A stretch of 53,880 nt of DNA from a virus (Duplodnaviria; Caudoviricetes). The stretch spans positions 1-53,880 of IMG/VR virus record IMGVR_UViG_3300037467_001092; one strand, written 5' to 3'. Below the pieces are notes generated by a model. That model saw only the letters and a program-made list of their open reading frames with translations. It was not told where the DNA came from and did not search any database. Every line of letters begins with the position of its first letter. Within the stretch, counting starts at the first letter, position 1. Below, piece by piece: positions 1 to 9,689 of this stretch. The translations under genes and the position numbers were made by a program.

Positions 1-37
1 GATAGGCGGGGGCCGTGTCTGTACTGCGTCCAGCCAT
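1..37 (-). CDS. Head spike base protein, N-terminal fragment truncated by the window edge
   Basis: Identical to the start of 46274-46519 (MAGRSTDTAPAY). Confidence 0.8.
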   Translation of the reverse strand, partial: MAGRSTDTAPAY

Positions 38-46
38 GGGGCGCTC

Positions 47-745
47 CTAGCAGTCGGGTTGGAAGAAGACCGACGCGGACTCTTCGTCGTAGGAGGAGAG
101 CTGCGCATAGAGCTGCGCGGCCCTCTCCTCGATCTTCTGAGCCTTGGCCGGGTTGATGAGGTGAAGATCGTAGGGAAGCGCCAGGCGGGCCGCGAGGCCG
201 TACTGGATCACTTCGACCCACTCCTGCGGAACGTCGAAATCATCGTCCAGCGCGTCGAGGTCCTCGATCACGCGGAGATAGGTGTAACGAAGGGTTGTGG
301 AAGCCGCGATTGTCGCGTCAGGCACGCCCACGATGTAGAGGGTCCGGGTTCCGCGCTGCGGATCGAAGTACCAGGCGCGCGGCTGACCGGTGGCCGTCTT
401 CTGCGGCTCGTCGTAATACTCTTGGCGGCTTAGCGGCGTGAGCGGCGTGTCGTTGTTGGAGATCCGCTTGCGAACCTCGATCACCTTCCGGGCGCCAGGG
501 GTGGTTCCCAGGCTGTAGGAGGCGGTCGAGGCCACCAGGGTCAGCGAGGTCTCAGTGAGAAGCCACAGCTTCGGCCGAGGGTCCGCACTCCAGGTCTTCA
601 CCATCAGATTGGCGGCCTTCAGCGCGGCGCTCATGTCCGCGGCTTCCGGCGTATCGCCTCGAGCGATGGCCCCCACCATGACAAGAGCCTCGGTGGCGGC
701 CTCGCGAAGGGTCTGGCTGAAGTTGGTGGAGCCTGACGTCGCCAT
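47..745 (-). CDS. Head-tail adaptor (P22 gp4-like)
   Basis: N-terminal helical motif REAATEALVMVGAIARGDTPEAADMSAALKAANLMVKTW, position downstream of capsid genes, paralogue at 46529. Confidence 0.7.
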   Translation of the reverse strand: MATSGSTNFSQTLREAATEALVMVGAIARGDTPEAADMSAALKAANLMVKTWSADPRPKLWLLTETSLTLVASTASYSLGTTPGARKVIEVRKRISNNDTPLTPLSRQEYYDEPQKTATGQPRAWYFDPQRGTRTLYIVGVPDATIAASTTLRYTYLRVIEDLDALDDDFDVPQEWVEVIQYGLAARLALPYDLHLINPAKAQKIEERAAQLYAQLSSYDEESASVFFQPDC

Positions 746-754
746 GCAGAGCTC

Positions 755-1012
755 CTAGAGATCCGCCGCCGTAACGGACCCGGCCGCGATGAACACGTCA
801 GTTCCCTCCGGCCGCGACCAGGGAACCGTTTCCTTGTCGGGGGTTACCCGCACGAAGTCCTGAGGGTGGCGCTGGGCCTCTTCCCCCACGAACCGACGCA
901 GGACACGCTTGTTGTCCCACGTCAGAACGGAGTCGGAGGCCCAGCCGACGAAGCCGGACAGATCGCAGACGAATTTCCAATCGCCCGGTCGGTTTTCGGC
1001 CTCGCCCTTCAT
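755..1012 (-). CDS. Conserved podovirus small protein (85 aa)
   Basis: MKGEAENRPGDWKFVCDLSGF...RHPQDFVR. The ATG overlaps the upstream TAA, and a homologue lies at 47231-47488. The longer called ORF 755-1780 is a shadow frame. Confidence 0.75.
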   Translation of the reverse strand: MKGEAENRPGDWKFVCDLSGFVGWASDSVLTWDNKRVLRRFVGEEAQRHPQDFVRVTPDKETVPWSRPEGTDVFIAAGSVTAADL

Positions 1013-1980
1013 TAGCTGTCGGCCGTCGGCAGGACGTAACCCGTAGCGCCGGCCACGCCGCTCTCGCGGTTTTCGAAGAAGCCGAAGCCCGAGGACGCGG
1101 TGACCAGCACTTCGCCAGCCGTGTCGGCGGTCTGGACGTAGTTGCGGGCGATGATGCCGCTGTTGGTCGATCCGTCCGTGGTGATCAGGGCGCCGCCGGT
1201 CGCCGTGTCGGTGTTCAGGCGGTAGAGGCGGTTTTCCTCCATGCGGAGCGAGGTCACCACCTTGCCGGTCGCAATCGCCATCACGCTGGCGACGTTGTTG
1301 TTCACGCCGAGGTTCAGGTAGTTGTTGGAGAAGGTGATATCGGCGTTCGTGCCGTCCATCTTGATGAAGCCGAGCGTCGCCAGGTCGGGCTCCACCCACT
1401 TGCAGCCGTCGATGTAGAGGCCGTCGGCGTCGTTCGAGGTGGCGTTGGTGTCCACGACGTTCAGGAAGTTCATGTTCGTGGCCGTGGCCTTGATGGAGCA
1501 GGCCTCCAGCGTGAAGAACTTGGCCGTGGTCAGCGTGAAGACGCTCACGATATCGGCGAAGTTGGCCGTGAAGATGAAGTTGCGGAACGCCACGTTGGCA
1601 GCGGAAACGCTGATGGTCGCGGTCGTCGCGGTATCCAGGGTGATCGTCGGACGCGCCGTGCCTACACCCAGACCGATGATCGCAACACCAGCCACGTCGG
1701 CGGTGATGCCCCCAGCGGCCGAAACGGTCTCGGCATGGCCGGGCTTCACCATGATGATATCGCCGCGCCCCGCCACGCACTGGCCAATGGCGTAGTCGAT
1801 GGTCGCGAACGGGCTGTTGAACGTGCCCCGGTTGCCATCGGAGCCGCCGCGCTGGCCCTCCAACAGGGTGGTGGCATTGGACACCCAGAACACCCGGCCG
1901 GGGTGCGATTGGGTGATCGGAAGGCCGCGAATGGTCACCCCATTCGGAAAGCCGTTGGGGAAGGAGGAGAGCAGAGCCAT
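1012..1980 (-). CDS. Virion protein with probable parallel beta-helix (head-associated fibre or decoration)
   Basis: SPFATIDYAIGQCVAGRGDIIMVKPGH cap motif, Asn/Thr-rich beta repeats, SD AGAAGGA. About 13 substitutions versus copy 2. Confidence 0.6.
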   Translation of the reverse strand: MALLSSFPNGFPNGVTIRGLPITQSHPGRVFWVSNATTLLEGQRGGSDGNRGTFNSPFATIDYAIGQCVAGRGDIIMVKPGHAETVSAAGGITADVAGVAIIGLGVGTARPTITLDTATTATISVSAANVAFRNFIFTANFADIVSVFTLTTAKFFTLEACSIKATATNMNFLNVVDTNATSNDADGLYIDGCKWVEPDLATLGFIKMDGTNADITFSNNYLNLGVNNNVASVMAIATGKVVTSLRMEENRLYRLNTDTATGGALITTDGSTNSGIIARNYVQTADTAGEVLVTASSGFGFFENRESGVAGATGYVLPTADS

Positions 1981-2036
1981 GATGGGTCCTTCTCTGAACC
2001 GCGGTGCGGTCAGGGTCTGAAAGCTTCAGAGTTCGG

Positions 2037-2071
2037 GAAAAGGGAGGCCCGCCCCACGAAGGAGGCGGGCC
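2037..2071 (-). terminator. Intrinsic terminator after major capsid gene
   Basis: GGCCCGCC-loop-GGCGGGCC followed by TCCCTTTT on minus strand, conserved at 48513-48547. Confidence 0.65.
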
Positions 2072-2083
2072 GGTAGCGAAGGC

Positions 2084-2992
2084 TTAGGCGCCGCCGCCGT
2101 TCGAGTAGATGCCGCGGAAGTCGGTCCAGCCGAAGCTGTACCGCTCGTAGCCCTTGTAGCGGAGGTTGTCGGTGCCGAAGTCCGTGTCTTGGTCGAACTC
2201 GGCGGCCTCGCGCTCGAAGTGGATCATACCCTGGTCGGCGTCGGTGCGGACGAAGAACGCATCCGAGTCATCGAACCAGTGATTGACCTTGGCGCCATCC
2301 TTGAAAACGCCCATCGAACGCAGAGCGTTGACGGCATTGTTCGCGGTGTCGTTCTGGCCCATCGACTTGAGCACCCGAGTCGCCTCGAACATGAGGGCGG
2401 TCGGGATGTGCAGGCTCTTGATCTCCAGGGCGGCCTTCAGGCCCACTTCGTCCGTCGCGTTGGCGATGAGGACGCAGAGGTCTTCCAGCGCAGCCTCGGA
2501 GAAGTCCGCCGCCGTGGTCAGGCGGTTGGACTGGCTGCCGACGATGGTCGGGTGGTCGGTGGCGCAGAGCGCCTTACCGTCGGCGCCCAGATACGAGCCG
2601 CTGTGCGCGCGGTTGTAGACGTTGGAGGCGACCGTTTCCTTGGTGTGCCGAAACGCCTTCGAGAGCATCTTGGCGGCCTTGAGAGCCTTGCCCTTGTACT
2701 GGTTGTCGGCGATGGCCTCGCGGGTGATCATGAAGCCCGAACCGTAGGCGACATGGGTGTAGCGCGTGGTCAGGCCTTGGCTCGTGGTCTGGAAGACCGT
2801 TGCGGCGCCTTCGGCCTTGATGCCCGCCAGGCCGAGGCCGGGCATGAGCTGGTCTTCCTCGTAGTTCTTGGACGAGGATTGCGTCTCGAACAGGTCCTTG
2901 TACTCGAACGGGTGGTCCTTGTAGGTCCCCCAGATCTCGTTGAGGCCGGGCTTGAGAAGCTTGGCGGCGTTGCCGGTGTTGAATGCGGACAT
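2084..2992 (-). CDS. Major capsid protein
   Basis: 302 aa with GADGKALCATDHP and ERYSFGWTDFRGIY motifs typical of this capsid family, located after scaffold and decoration genes. Confidence 0.88.
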   Translation of the reverse strand: MSAFNTGNAAKLLKPGLNEIWGTYKDHPFEYKDLFETQSSSKNYEEDQLMPGLGLAGIKAEGAATVFQTTSQGLTTRYTHVAYGSGFMITREAIADNQYKGKALKAAKMLSKAFRHTKETVASNVYNRAHSGSYLGADGKALCATDHPTIVGSQSNRLTTAADFSEAALEDLCVLIANATDEVGLKAALEIKSLHIPTALMFEATRVLKSMGQNDTANNAVNALRSMGVFKDGAKVNHWFDDSDAFFVRTDADQGMIHFEREAAEFDQDTDFGTDNLRYKGYERYSFGWTDFRGIYSNGGGA

Positions 2993-2995
2993 GGT

Positions 2996-3580
2996 TTAGA
3001 CCCCCGCCACTTGATCGACGTAACGATGACGGTTGATCCGAACCAGCCACTTGGCGTTTTCGCCAATGGCGTTGTCGGGGCGATTGACGAAGCCCACGAG
3101 CTTCAGGTCGAGGGTGTTCGTGGTGGCCTCGCCGACGTTGTTCAGTTCCACACCCGAGAATCCCGTGGTGGTGGAGCCGGTGCCCACAACGAAGTTGGCG
3201 TTGAGGCCAAGATCGTTCGCGGTCAACGCGGTGCCGCCGCTGACTTCCTGAATCTCGAACAGGAGGTTCGGGTCGTCGGCCACGTAGAGCACGCGCTGGG
3301 TGGAGGCGGCACGGTAGGGAAGCGAGGCTTCCGTCACCGGCTGCACGCCAACCACAACGCCGGTGATGACGTCGCCGGTAGCGGCTTGCACCACGTCCAG
3401 CATCACCTTGCCGTTGATCGTTTGGGCGGTGCCGACGCCCGCGGTCGTAACCGGGTCGCCGACGAAGATGGCGGTCGCATTGCCGGCCGCCACGGAGTAT
3501 TCGCGGAAGGCTCCGTTGTAGGGAGCGCCGCCGACGTAGCAAACGGGACGAAGCCCGTTCACAATATCAGGGTTTGCCAT
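2996..3580 (-). CDS. Capsid decoration/cement protein
   Basis: MANPD..GLRPV..IFVGDPV..VADDPNLLFEIQ, beta-rich, immediately upstream of the capsid gene. Confidence 0.6.
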   Translation of the reverse strand: MANPDIVNGLRPVCYVGGAPYNGAFREYSVAAGNATAIFVGDPVTTAGVGTAQTINGKVMLDVVQAATGDVITGVVVGVQPVTEASLPYRAASTQRVLYVADDPNLLFEIQEVSGGTALTANDLGLNANFVVGTGSTTTGFSGVELNNVGEATTNTLDLKLVGFVNRPDNAIGENAKWLVRINRHRYVDQVAGV

Positions 3581-3598
3581 GAGTGAAGTCCTTGGGCG

Positions 3599-4039
3599 TT
3601 AGCCCGAGCGAGTAAGTGTGCTCTGGCCCTTGGGCACGTATGCGCCATCGACCTGTCCGGTCGGGTCGCCAGAGCGGCGAATGGTGTCCTCGAACTGCTG
3701 ACGGTGCTCTTCCTTGTCAGACAGGCCGTAGGCGAATTCTTCCTCGGGGGTCTCCATGAGGACGGCCTGCATAGGCGCCCCATCTTCCAGCTTCCCCGCG
3801 TGGCGGGTGATCCGGGTTCCCTTCCCGTCCGTGCGGCTTTTTCCTTCGCCGGCAGGATCGGAAACGAGAGTGTAGCCCAGCTCTTCCATCTTCATGATGC
3901 GGCTGGGATCGCCGTTGACGAAGCGGCGAACGAAGCCGGGGCGGCTCGGGGCGTCCAGCTTGAGGGCAAAGCCCCCGACTGAAGCGCGCGGCCGGCGGCG
4001 CGCGGGAGGAGTGGCAGCCGTGGGGTTTTCTTGAGTCAC
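3599..4039 (-). CDS. Conserved head-module protein
   Basis: GTG start overlaps the scaffold stop. RPGFVRRFVNGDPSR...AVLMETP is conserved in copy 2 (50084-50527). Confidence 0.75.
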   Translation of the reverse strand: MTQENPTAATPPARRRPRASVGGFALKLDAPSRPGFVRRFVNGDPSRIMKMEELGYTLVSDPAGEGKSRTDGKGTRITRHAGKLEDGAPMQAVLMETPEEEFAYGLSDKEEHRQQFEDTIRRSGDPTGQVDGAYVPKGQSTLTRSG

Positions 4040-4860
4040 GAGAAGTACTCCTTCACGTACTTGTCCTTGGTGAGGCTCGGGATGTCCTTCATGAGCTCCA
4101 GGCACATAGCCTGGGCATCGGCGGGGAGATCCGAGAAGGTCTTGGCGCCCGAGCGGCGAGCGGCTCCAGCGCCTTCGACGGCGGCCGGAGCGGCGCGGTT
4201 CGGGTTGGTCGGCTTGGCGTACTTGTGGGGGAACTCCTCGCGGAGCTTCCGATCCACCTCCTTCGCCAGAGCCTTGCCGCTGTAGCCGTCCTTGATCGCC
4301 TCTTCAGCGAAGGCGGCGGCCGACGCGGAGCGGGCCTTGTCGGTCCCGAACCAATCGTTCTCGGCCTTCCAGTCGACGAACCACTCAGGCTCGTCGTCAT
4401 CCGTCGCAGCCTCGGCCTTTGCGAGGGTGTCCCGCTCCAGCTCGACGATGTCCTTGGTGATCGCCCGGACGTCGGCCGCATTGCCTGCGGCGGCGGCGGC
4501 GTCCAGTTCGGCCTCCAGATCGGCCTTGGCGCGCTCGTAAGCCCGCTGTTCGGCCTTGCTGCTGTGAGAGATCGCGGTCTTGACCGCCTTCTCCAGGCCT
4601 TCGATCTTCTTGTATGCGCCGGCCAGCTCCTTCCTAAGGAAGGGCATGATGGTCTTGCCGCGCTCCACGTATTCGGCGGCGGAAACGAACTTGTCCTTCG
4701 GGCCTTTGAACTGGCTTTCGGGCTTCCAGCCCATCGCCAGAGCTTCTAGCTCGATGTCCTCGTCAGTCTCGCCGGATACGTCGGGGGCGGCTTTTTCCGC
4801 ACCGGCTTCCGGGGCTAGTTCAGGCGCTTCCGGCTCTCTGGCCTCTGCGGTGTCGCTCAT
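4036..4860 (-). CDS. Scaffolding protein
   Basis: Acidic N-terminus, coiled coil, WKAENDWFG motif, C-terminal helix pair, located between portal and capsid. Confidence 0.75.
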   Translation of the reverse strand: MSDTAEAREPEAPELAPEAGAEKAAPDVSGETDEDIELEALAMGWKPESQFKGPKDKFVSAAEYVERGKTIMPFLRKELAGAYKKIEGLEKAVKTAISHSSKAEQRAYERAKADLEAELDAAAAAGNAADVRAITKDIVELERDTLAKAEAATDDDEPEWFVDWKAENDWFGTDKARSASAAAFAEEAIKDGYSGKALAKEVDRKLREEFPHKYAKPTNPNRAAPAAVEGAGAARRSGAKTFSDLPADAQAMCLELMKDIPSLTKDKYVKEYFS

Positions 4861-5177
4861 TGGACTTCCTCGATGATGGCCAGGAGGTCTTTGTCGTTCA
4901 TGACGACGTAATCCTCTCCGTCAGCACCCTTCTCTCTGGCGCCGGTGTATTGGGCGAAGATCACCCGATCACCTGGCTTGGGTTTCTTGGCCGCCTCGCC
5001 CCATTCCAGGAACGCATTGCAGCCCACGGCCACGACAGTCGCCTTGGTGGCGGCGTACTTGGCCTTGTCCTTCACGACGTCCGGGCGGATGATCCCGCCA
5101 GCCGTCACTTCCTCAACCGGATCGGGCTTGACCACGATACGGAGATCCACCGGGGCTAGCCCGCTGGTGTTCACCAT
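4857..5177 (-). CDS. groES: GroES/Cpn10-like co-chaperonin
   Basis: LAPVDLRIVVKP, EEVTAGGII mobile loop, VVAVG, KPGDRVIFAQYTG, YVVMNDKDLLAII. Confidence 0.9.
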   Translation of the reverse strand: MVNTSGLAPVDLRIVVKPDPVEEVTAGGIIRPDVVKDKAKYAATKATVVAVGCNAFLEWGEAAKKPKPGDRVIFAQYTGAREKGADGEDYVVMNDKDLLAIIEEVQ

Positions 5178-5228
5178 GCTTTGCCTGTGTGCTGGTGCTG
5201 AGCCCGGTTTCTGGCGGGCTATCGGGCG

Positions 5229-5489
5229 CTACTGCGCGCCGGATTCTGTCTCTTCGTCGGCCTCGGCCGGGATCTCGTAGAAGTCTCTAACCGTTGACCA
5301 TTCCAGGGTCGAAAGCTCCAGCATCAGGAGCGATTTCACCTGGCTGTTCGGCGACATCGAGACCCCCCGGCCCCAGTCCGCCATCATCTGCTGGCGCTGG
5401 TCCTCCAGAAATTGGAGGAACGGGGCCGTCGCCCGGCTCTCCTTCCATTCCTGAAAGCTCTTGCGGTTGAACCGGGGGCTTTCCGCCAT
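5229..5489 (-). CDS. Hypothetical 86-aa protein overlapping the portal C-terminus
   Basis: Only 2 aa differ from 52064-52324, and the composition is globular. Confidence 0.7.
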   Translation of the reverse strand: MAESPRFNRKSFQEWKESRATAPFLQFLEDQRQQMMADWGRGVSMSPNSQVKSLLMLELSTLEWSTVRDFYEIPAEADEETESGAQ

Positions 5490-7404
5490 TTTCCACCATC
5501 GCTAGGGCTTGCTGCACCGCGCCGCGCACGATCTCGGTCATGGAGGCCAGGAACTCCGGCCCCATCAGCGCCAGTTCGGCCTTGGCCTGTTCGGTCTGGG
5601 CGTCCTTCAGGGCGATATCCGACGCGGCAACGCGCTGCTTGATCTCGATCTCGCCGTCCTTCTGGTCGAGCTCGCGCTCATGCAGCCTGGCCTTGGCTTC
5701 GACCTCCAGCATCTTCGGGTCCGGCGGTGGAGGCTGTTCAGGGCCTAGCAGCTCGTCCAGATCGGGCACGCGCGCCGCCTGCAAGGCACGCTCGGCGGCC
5801 TTCCGCGGCGGGATCACGCCCGGCATGGCCTCCGCGATGCTCATCACGAACTGTGCCTGCTGCATCCGCTGCATGTCGGTCGCCATGTTCGGATCCGAAA
5901 CCGGAACCACGTCCATATCGCCGGCCGCATAGTCCGCCTGCGCGACGCTGCCTTCCTCGTCCTGGAAGGTGAAATACACCTCCGGCTCAAGATACCGCCC
6001 GTTCAGGGCGTAGAGGATCGCCAGTTCCTTCTTCAGCGCCCGGTGAAGGCGCTTCACGATGGCCGTGAAGGTCTTCAGGCCCTGTTCGATTAGCGCCGAG
6101 ACCGTACCCACCGGAAGCGAGCCCTTGCCGGAATCCCCGCCAAGGATATCCTGCGTCGCGGTCACGTCGCGGGCCGCCTCGATCAGCATGCCCAGCAGCT
6201 GGAACAGGACGCTGGACGGCTCCTTCGTCGGCAGCGGGACGATGTTCTCCCGCAGGTTCCCGCCTTCGGTCGTCGCCCTACGCCATTCGCCCGGCCGGAA
6301 GGTCTGAGACCCCGACTTGATCGACACGCCCGCCCCGATGAACCCGCCCTGCACGTTTGCCAGGTGGCCGGCGTCCATGAGCTGGTTGATCGTGGAGTTG
6401 ATCGTCTCGCTCAGTGGGTTGAGGAGCGTCCCGAAGCCGATGTCATAGAACGAACCATCGGGAGCCGGGATGAAGCCGTACTTGGTGAACACCCGCGTCG
6501 GAACAATCCGAACGATGGCCCCGTCTTCCCGCTGCGTCACGCCCCGCTCATCGAAGCGGGCCATGATACGCACGACCTTGCCGGATTCCTTCTCCACGGT
6601 GACCGTGTAAGGTTCCGGATAACCGTCCTCGTCCAGATCCCAGAGCCGCGCTTGCTCGTAGAAGGTGAACGGCGCGTCGTCGTCGTTGTCCGCGGACTGA
6701 GGACGGCCCAGGTCCACCTCGAGCCAAACGCCCGAGAGCATCTTCTCGCGGACCTCGTACGGGTAGAACGTCAGGACGTGAGTGGCCCGAGGGCACGTCT
6801 CCAGGTCCTTGGTCCAGTAGTTGACCACGAAGTCGAGAGCGGACACGAGGTGACTACAATTGTAGCCCTTCAGCGGGTCGAACCACGTCTTGCGAAACGC
6901 GCAGCCCACGATAGGCAACTGCATCAGGAGGCGGTCGGTGTCCTCCTCCCAGTCGTCCATCTCCTCGAGGAGCTGATACGACATGTGCGCGCCGACCCGA
7001 TCAGCACGGGCGACCTTCTCCGGCGTCGGGCGGCCCTTCACGGCGCCCTTGACGATCTCGGGCCCGTCGATGATCGCAGGATAGGCCCTGGCGTTGAACT
7101 GGATCGCAGCCGTGGAGATCAGCGGGTACTTGACGTTCGACGCGTTCGGCCACGGATAGTTCTTGGCCTCCTTCGTCTGGAGCGCCAGCTTCATGGCGTC
7201 CTTGTAGCGTTCTTCCCAGCCGCTCTCCTTGCGACTTTGCTCATCGATCTTGAACTCTTCGATGACCTTCGCGCCGATCTGGGCGAGGATGCTATCATCG
7301 AGGTCTTCGGCGATGTTCGGAGACTGGATAGCCGCCATCAGGTCGAAGGCGGGGGCTTGCTCAGCCTCTTCGGTTTCGAACTCAGCTTCGTAGGCTTCGC
7401 TCAT
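5287..7404 (-). CDS. Portal protein
   Basis: 705 aa after the terminase with KNYPWPNASNVKYPLI and FYDIGFGTLLNPL...NQLMDAG motifs of podoviral portals. Confidence 0.9.
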   Translation of the reverse strand: MSEAYEAEFETEEAEQAPAFDLMAAIQSPNIAEDLDDSILAQIGAKVIEEFKIDEQSRKESGWEERYKDAMKLALQTKEAKNYPWPNASNVKYPLISTAAIQFNARAYPAIIDGPEIVKGAVKGRPTPEKVARADRVGAHMSYQLLEEMDDWEEDTDRLLMQLPIVGCAFRKTWFDPLKGYNCSHLVSALDFVVNYWTKDLETCPRATHVLTFYPYEVREKMLSGVWLEVDLGRPQSADNDDDAPFTFYEQARLWDLDEDGYPEPYTVTVEKESGKVVRIMARFDERGVTQREDGAIVRIVPTRVFTKYGFIPAPDGSFYDIGFGTLLNPLSETINSTINQLMDAGHLANVQGGFIGAGVSIKSGSQTFRPGEWRRATTEGGNLRENIVPLPTKEPSSVLFQLLGMLIEAARDVTATQDILGGDSGKGSLPVGTVSALIEQGLKTFTAIVKRLHRALKKELAILYALNGRYLEPEVYFTFQDEEGSVAQADYAAGDMDVVPVSDPNMATDMQRMQQAQFVMSIAEAMPGVIPPRKAAERALQAARVPDLDELLGPEQPPPPDPKMLEVEAKARLHERELDQKDGEIEIKQRVAASDIALKDAQTEQAKAELALMGPEFLASMTEIVRGAVQQALAMVENGGKPPVQPQELSGMEGEPGDGPVPPISGGPAPADDGGLGPGGLDVAEQPGEIAPDAGAFDPGMVNG

Positions 7405-7667
7405 GCGAAGGCCCGTTCGTATTTCCAGCCCTCATGGCCCAGCGGAAAACATGCCTCCGCGATGGCCCTCCACTGCCAGGTCTGCGGCGCCGTGGCGCTG
7501 CCGTCGTTCGCGTGCATGGCAACGCGCGTCACCAGCAGGCGCGAGCCAACACGGACGCGGATCTCAGCTTGGTTGCTGCCTTCCTCGATCTCGATGTTGA
7601 TCGCCCCTCGCTTGTTGACGAACCAGTGGCGAGCAAGCTTGCAGGGAGGGAGCGGCTTCTGGGTCAT
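7401..7667 (-). CDS. Hypothetical protein
   Basis: Fills the terL-portal gap with abutting and overlapping start/stop codons. Confidence 0.6.
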   Translation of the reverse strand: MTQKPLPPCKLARHWFVNKRGAINIEIEEGSNQAEIRVRVGSRLLVTRVAMHANDGSATAPQTWQWRAIAEACFPLGHEGWKYERAFA

Positions 7668-9014
7668 CTAGTACCCAGTGGCGGCGTTGCGTCCGGCTTC
7701 ATCGCGCCACTCCTCTTCGTCGGGTCGGTCATCGACTTCGCGGGGCTTGCCCACTGCGAAGGTGCGGAAGGCGTCCGCCGGGTCGCTCGCCCAGTCGTGC
7801 AGCGGCTTGTCTCGATAGGCCTTCAGCTTCTCGTCCCACTCGCGGCGGTAGGACCGCAGGGCGTCGATGCCGTGGGCGCACTTCTCTTTGTCAAAAACGC
7901 AGAGCGGAATGATCTTCCGCACCTCGTTGATATCGTTCGCCACGCTCTTGGTGCGGGGAATTACGCGGACGTTCTTCAGCCCGAGCTTGACGACCGTATC
8001 CTTGATCGACGACGCCTCGGGCAGCGCCAGCCGCTGGTCATCGCCGTCATGAGGCAAGAGGTGTTCGCCGTAGCTGTACGGCTTGGCCTTCACCTCGCGG
8101 ACATACCAATCAATCCCGACCGAGGTGTTCGCCAGGTAGTCGATCACCGCCCAGCCGGTGGGCGTCTTCTGGAAGAACCAGACGACCGTCTGGTCATTGG
8201 CTCCGAGATCCCAGGCCGTGTGAACCTGCCGCCCCGGATTGTGCGGCACGCGGCAAACCCCGCCGTCGCGCTCCAGCCTGTCAATCGTCCGGCCGTAGTA
8301 GGCGCCCGGAAGGGCTGCCGACCACGACGTCATGTACTCCTGCTCGAAGATGGCATCGCCATCCTCTTCGCCACGCTCGCTGATCAGCTCGGCCCGCTCC
8401 GTCGCCAGAGACTCGGGCGAAAACACCCCCGTCGTCTGCGACGTCAGCTTCTCGGCGAACCAGTCCTCAGACGTCTCCGCCATCTGGAACATGCGGTAGG
8501 CGTGGTTTCGTCCTCGAGGCGTGGTGATGAAGATCGACCAGCCGCCGTTTTCCAACAGGATCGGGCGAATCAGCGACCAAGCCTGCGGATTGCTCAACGC
8601 CCATTCGGAGAACACCACCCCGATAGGCGGCGTGCCCACCAGGGCGTCGTAGTTGTCGGACCCGATCACCTGCCACGTGGATCCGGTCTTGAACCGGATC
8701 AACATGTCCTGTTCGCGCGTCGTCTCCCTCAGTTCGTGAGGAAACGCGTCATCGATCCTTCGCCGGCCAGTGTGCGGGTTAACCGCATCCCAGATCGCTT
8801 TGCGGGCCTGGTTCTGCTGGGGCAGCAGATGCCAGTAGACCCCGACCCGCTCATGAGCCGCGCAGGCCGTGTAGTGAAGCGCCAGGTCGTCCTTGCCATG
8901 ACGGCGAGGCCAGATGGCGATGGCCCGCTTGCCACCACCATGCATGTAGCGCCAGAGGTTGCGCTGATAGTCCCGCGGTTGCCACTGGTGCGGCAGTTCG
9001 ATGCTACGCGTCAC
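7668..9014 (-). CDS. terL: Terminase large subunit
   Basis: PRDYQ, Walker A WPRRHGKD, VVFSEW Walker B, ITTPRG, nuclease AWDLG and DAFR. GTG start at 9014 overlaps the terS stop. Confidence 0.95.
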   Translation of the reverse strand: MTRSIELPHQWQPRDYQRNLWRYMHGGGKRAIAIWPRRHGKDDLALHYTACAAHERVGVYWHLLPQQNQARKAIWDAVNPHTGRRRIDDAFPHELRETTREQDMLIRFKTGSTWQVIGSDNYDALVGTPPIGVVFSEWALSNPQAWSLIRPILLENGGWSIFITTPRGRNHAYRMFQMAETSEDWFAEKLTSQTTGVFSPESLATERAELISERGEEDGDAIFEQEYMTSWSAALPGAYYGRTIDRLERDGGVCRVPHNPGRQVHTAWDLGANDQTVVWFFQKTPTGWAVIDYLANTSVGIDWYVREVKAKPYSYGEHLLPHDGDDQRLALPEASSIKDTVVKLGLKNVRVIPRTKSVANDINEVRKIIPLCVFDKEKCAHGIDALRSYRREWDEKLKAYRDKPLHDWASDPADAFRTFAVGKPREVDDRPDEEEWRDEAGRNAATGY

Positions 9015-9439
9015 GCGGGCTTGTTGATGACGACGGTCAACGGCGCGAGGTCGTCGGCCTGACCCAGCGCCAGCTTGTCGCCGTAGCGCTTCGGGTCCCA
9101 CTTCGCGAGCAGCTTCAGGCGGGTCTCAACGCGCAGTCGTGAGCGCGAAATCCACTCACTGTTGCACAGGTCGGTATCGTTCGGCCCCTTCTTCGTGTCG
9201 AGCGCCGCATCATCCGCGATAGCCAGCGCATCCAGCGCGATCTGATCGAAGCCGGTCTCGCGTGCGCGCGCGATGTCCCGAGCAATGGCCTCGTTCCCGT
9301 TCGCCCAATTCCGAACAGTGTCGTCGCAAGGCATGTGATCATCACGACAGATGACCGTGAGCGGCTCACCCTTCGAGAGGCGGGCGCAGATCTCGTCGAG
9401 AAGCTCCGGCTTGAACTTGGTTGGGCGGCCTCCCGCCAT
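9011..9439 (-). CDS. terS: Terminase small subunit (Sf6 gp1-like)
   Basis: GRPTKF..EICARLSKGEPLTVICRDDHMP..TVRNW and RLRVETRLKLLAKWDPKRYGD. Confidence 0.9.
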   Translation of the reverse strand: MAGGRPTKFKPELLDEICARLSKGEPLTVICRDDHMPCDDTVRNWANGNEAIARDIARARETGFDQIALDALAIADDAALDTKKGPNDTDLCNSEWISRSRLRVETRLKLLAKWDPKRYGDKLALGQADDLAPLTVVINKPA

Positions 9440-9473
9440 AGTCCCCTCCTCCGCATTCTTGGCGGGTTCGGTT

Positions 9474-9689
9474 TCAGTTGATCTCTCTGGACGCGGGCTC
9501 GAGGTCTTCGATGTCCGGATCGAGCGCGTAGCCCTTGCGGCTGGCGTACTCGGCAGACAGTTCCTGAATCGCTGCGTCGTTGCGCTCGAAAACCTGGGCG
9601 GCCCAATGCTTCATGCGATGGCAGTAGACGGCGGCGGCTTCCAACTCCTCGTTGGATAGCTCTTGAGGTCTCTTGCCGTCGTAGAGCAT
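9474..9689 (-). CDS. Hypothetical protein
   Basis: 71 aa, SD GGAGG, flanked by 14-bp direct repeats. Confidence 0.6.
   Translation of the reverse strand: MLYDGKRPQELSNEELEAAAVYCHRMKHWAAQVFERNDAAIQELSAEYASRKGYALDPDIEDLEPASREIN

Larger units (their letters stand above)
1..7066 (+). repeat. Head module copy 1, diverged direct repeat of 46483-53880
   Basis: GATAGGCGGGGGCCGTGTCTGTACTGCGTCCAGCC at 1 recurs at 46483 (offset 46482). Gene order is the same, and the window end GATCTCGGGCCCG matches 7054-7066. Confidence 0.97.

Noticed and set aside
755-1780. 341-aa ORF (and 47231-47881)
   Set aside because: Only the last 85 codons are conserved as protein; the rest is an alternate frame of the 322-aa gene.
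2189-3586. Long antisense ORFs (also 6364-7671, 7434-9062, 36815-38446, 40426-42294, 49472-50563)
   Set aside because: Shadow frames of GC-rich genes with no motifs.
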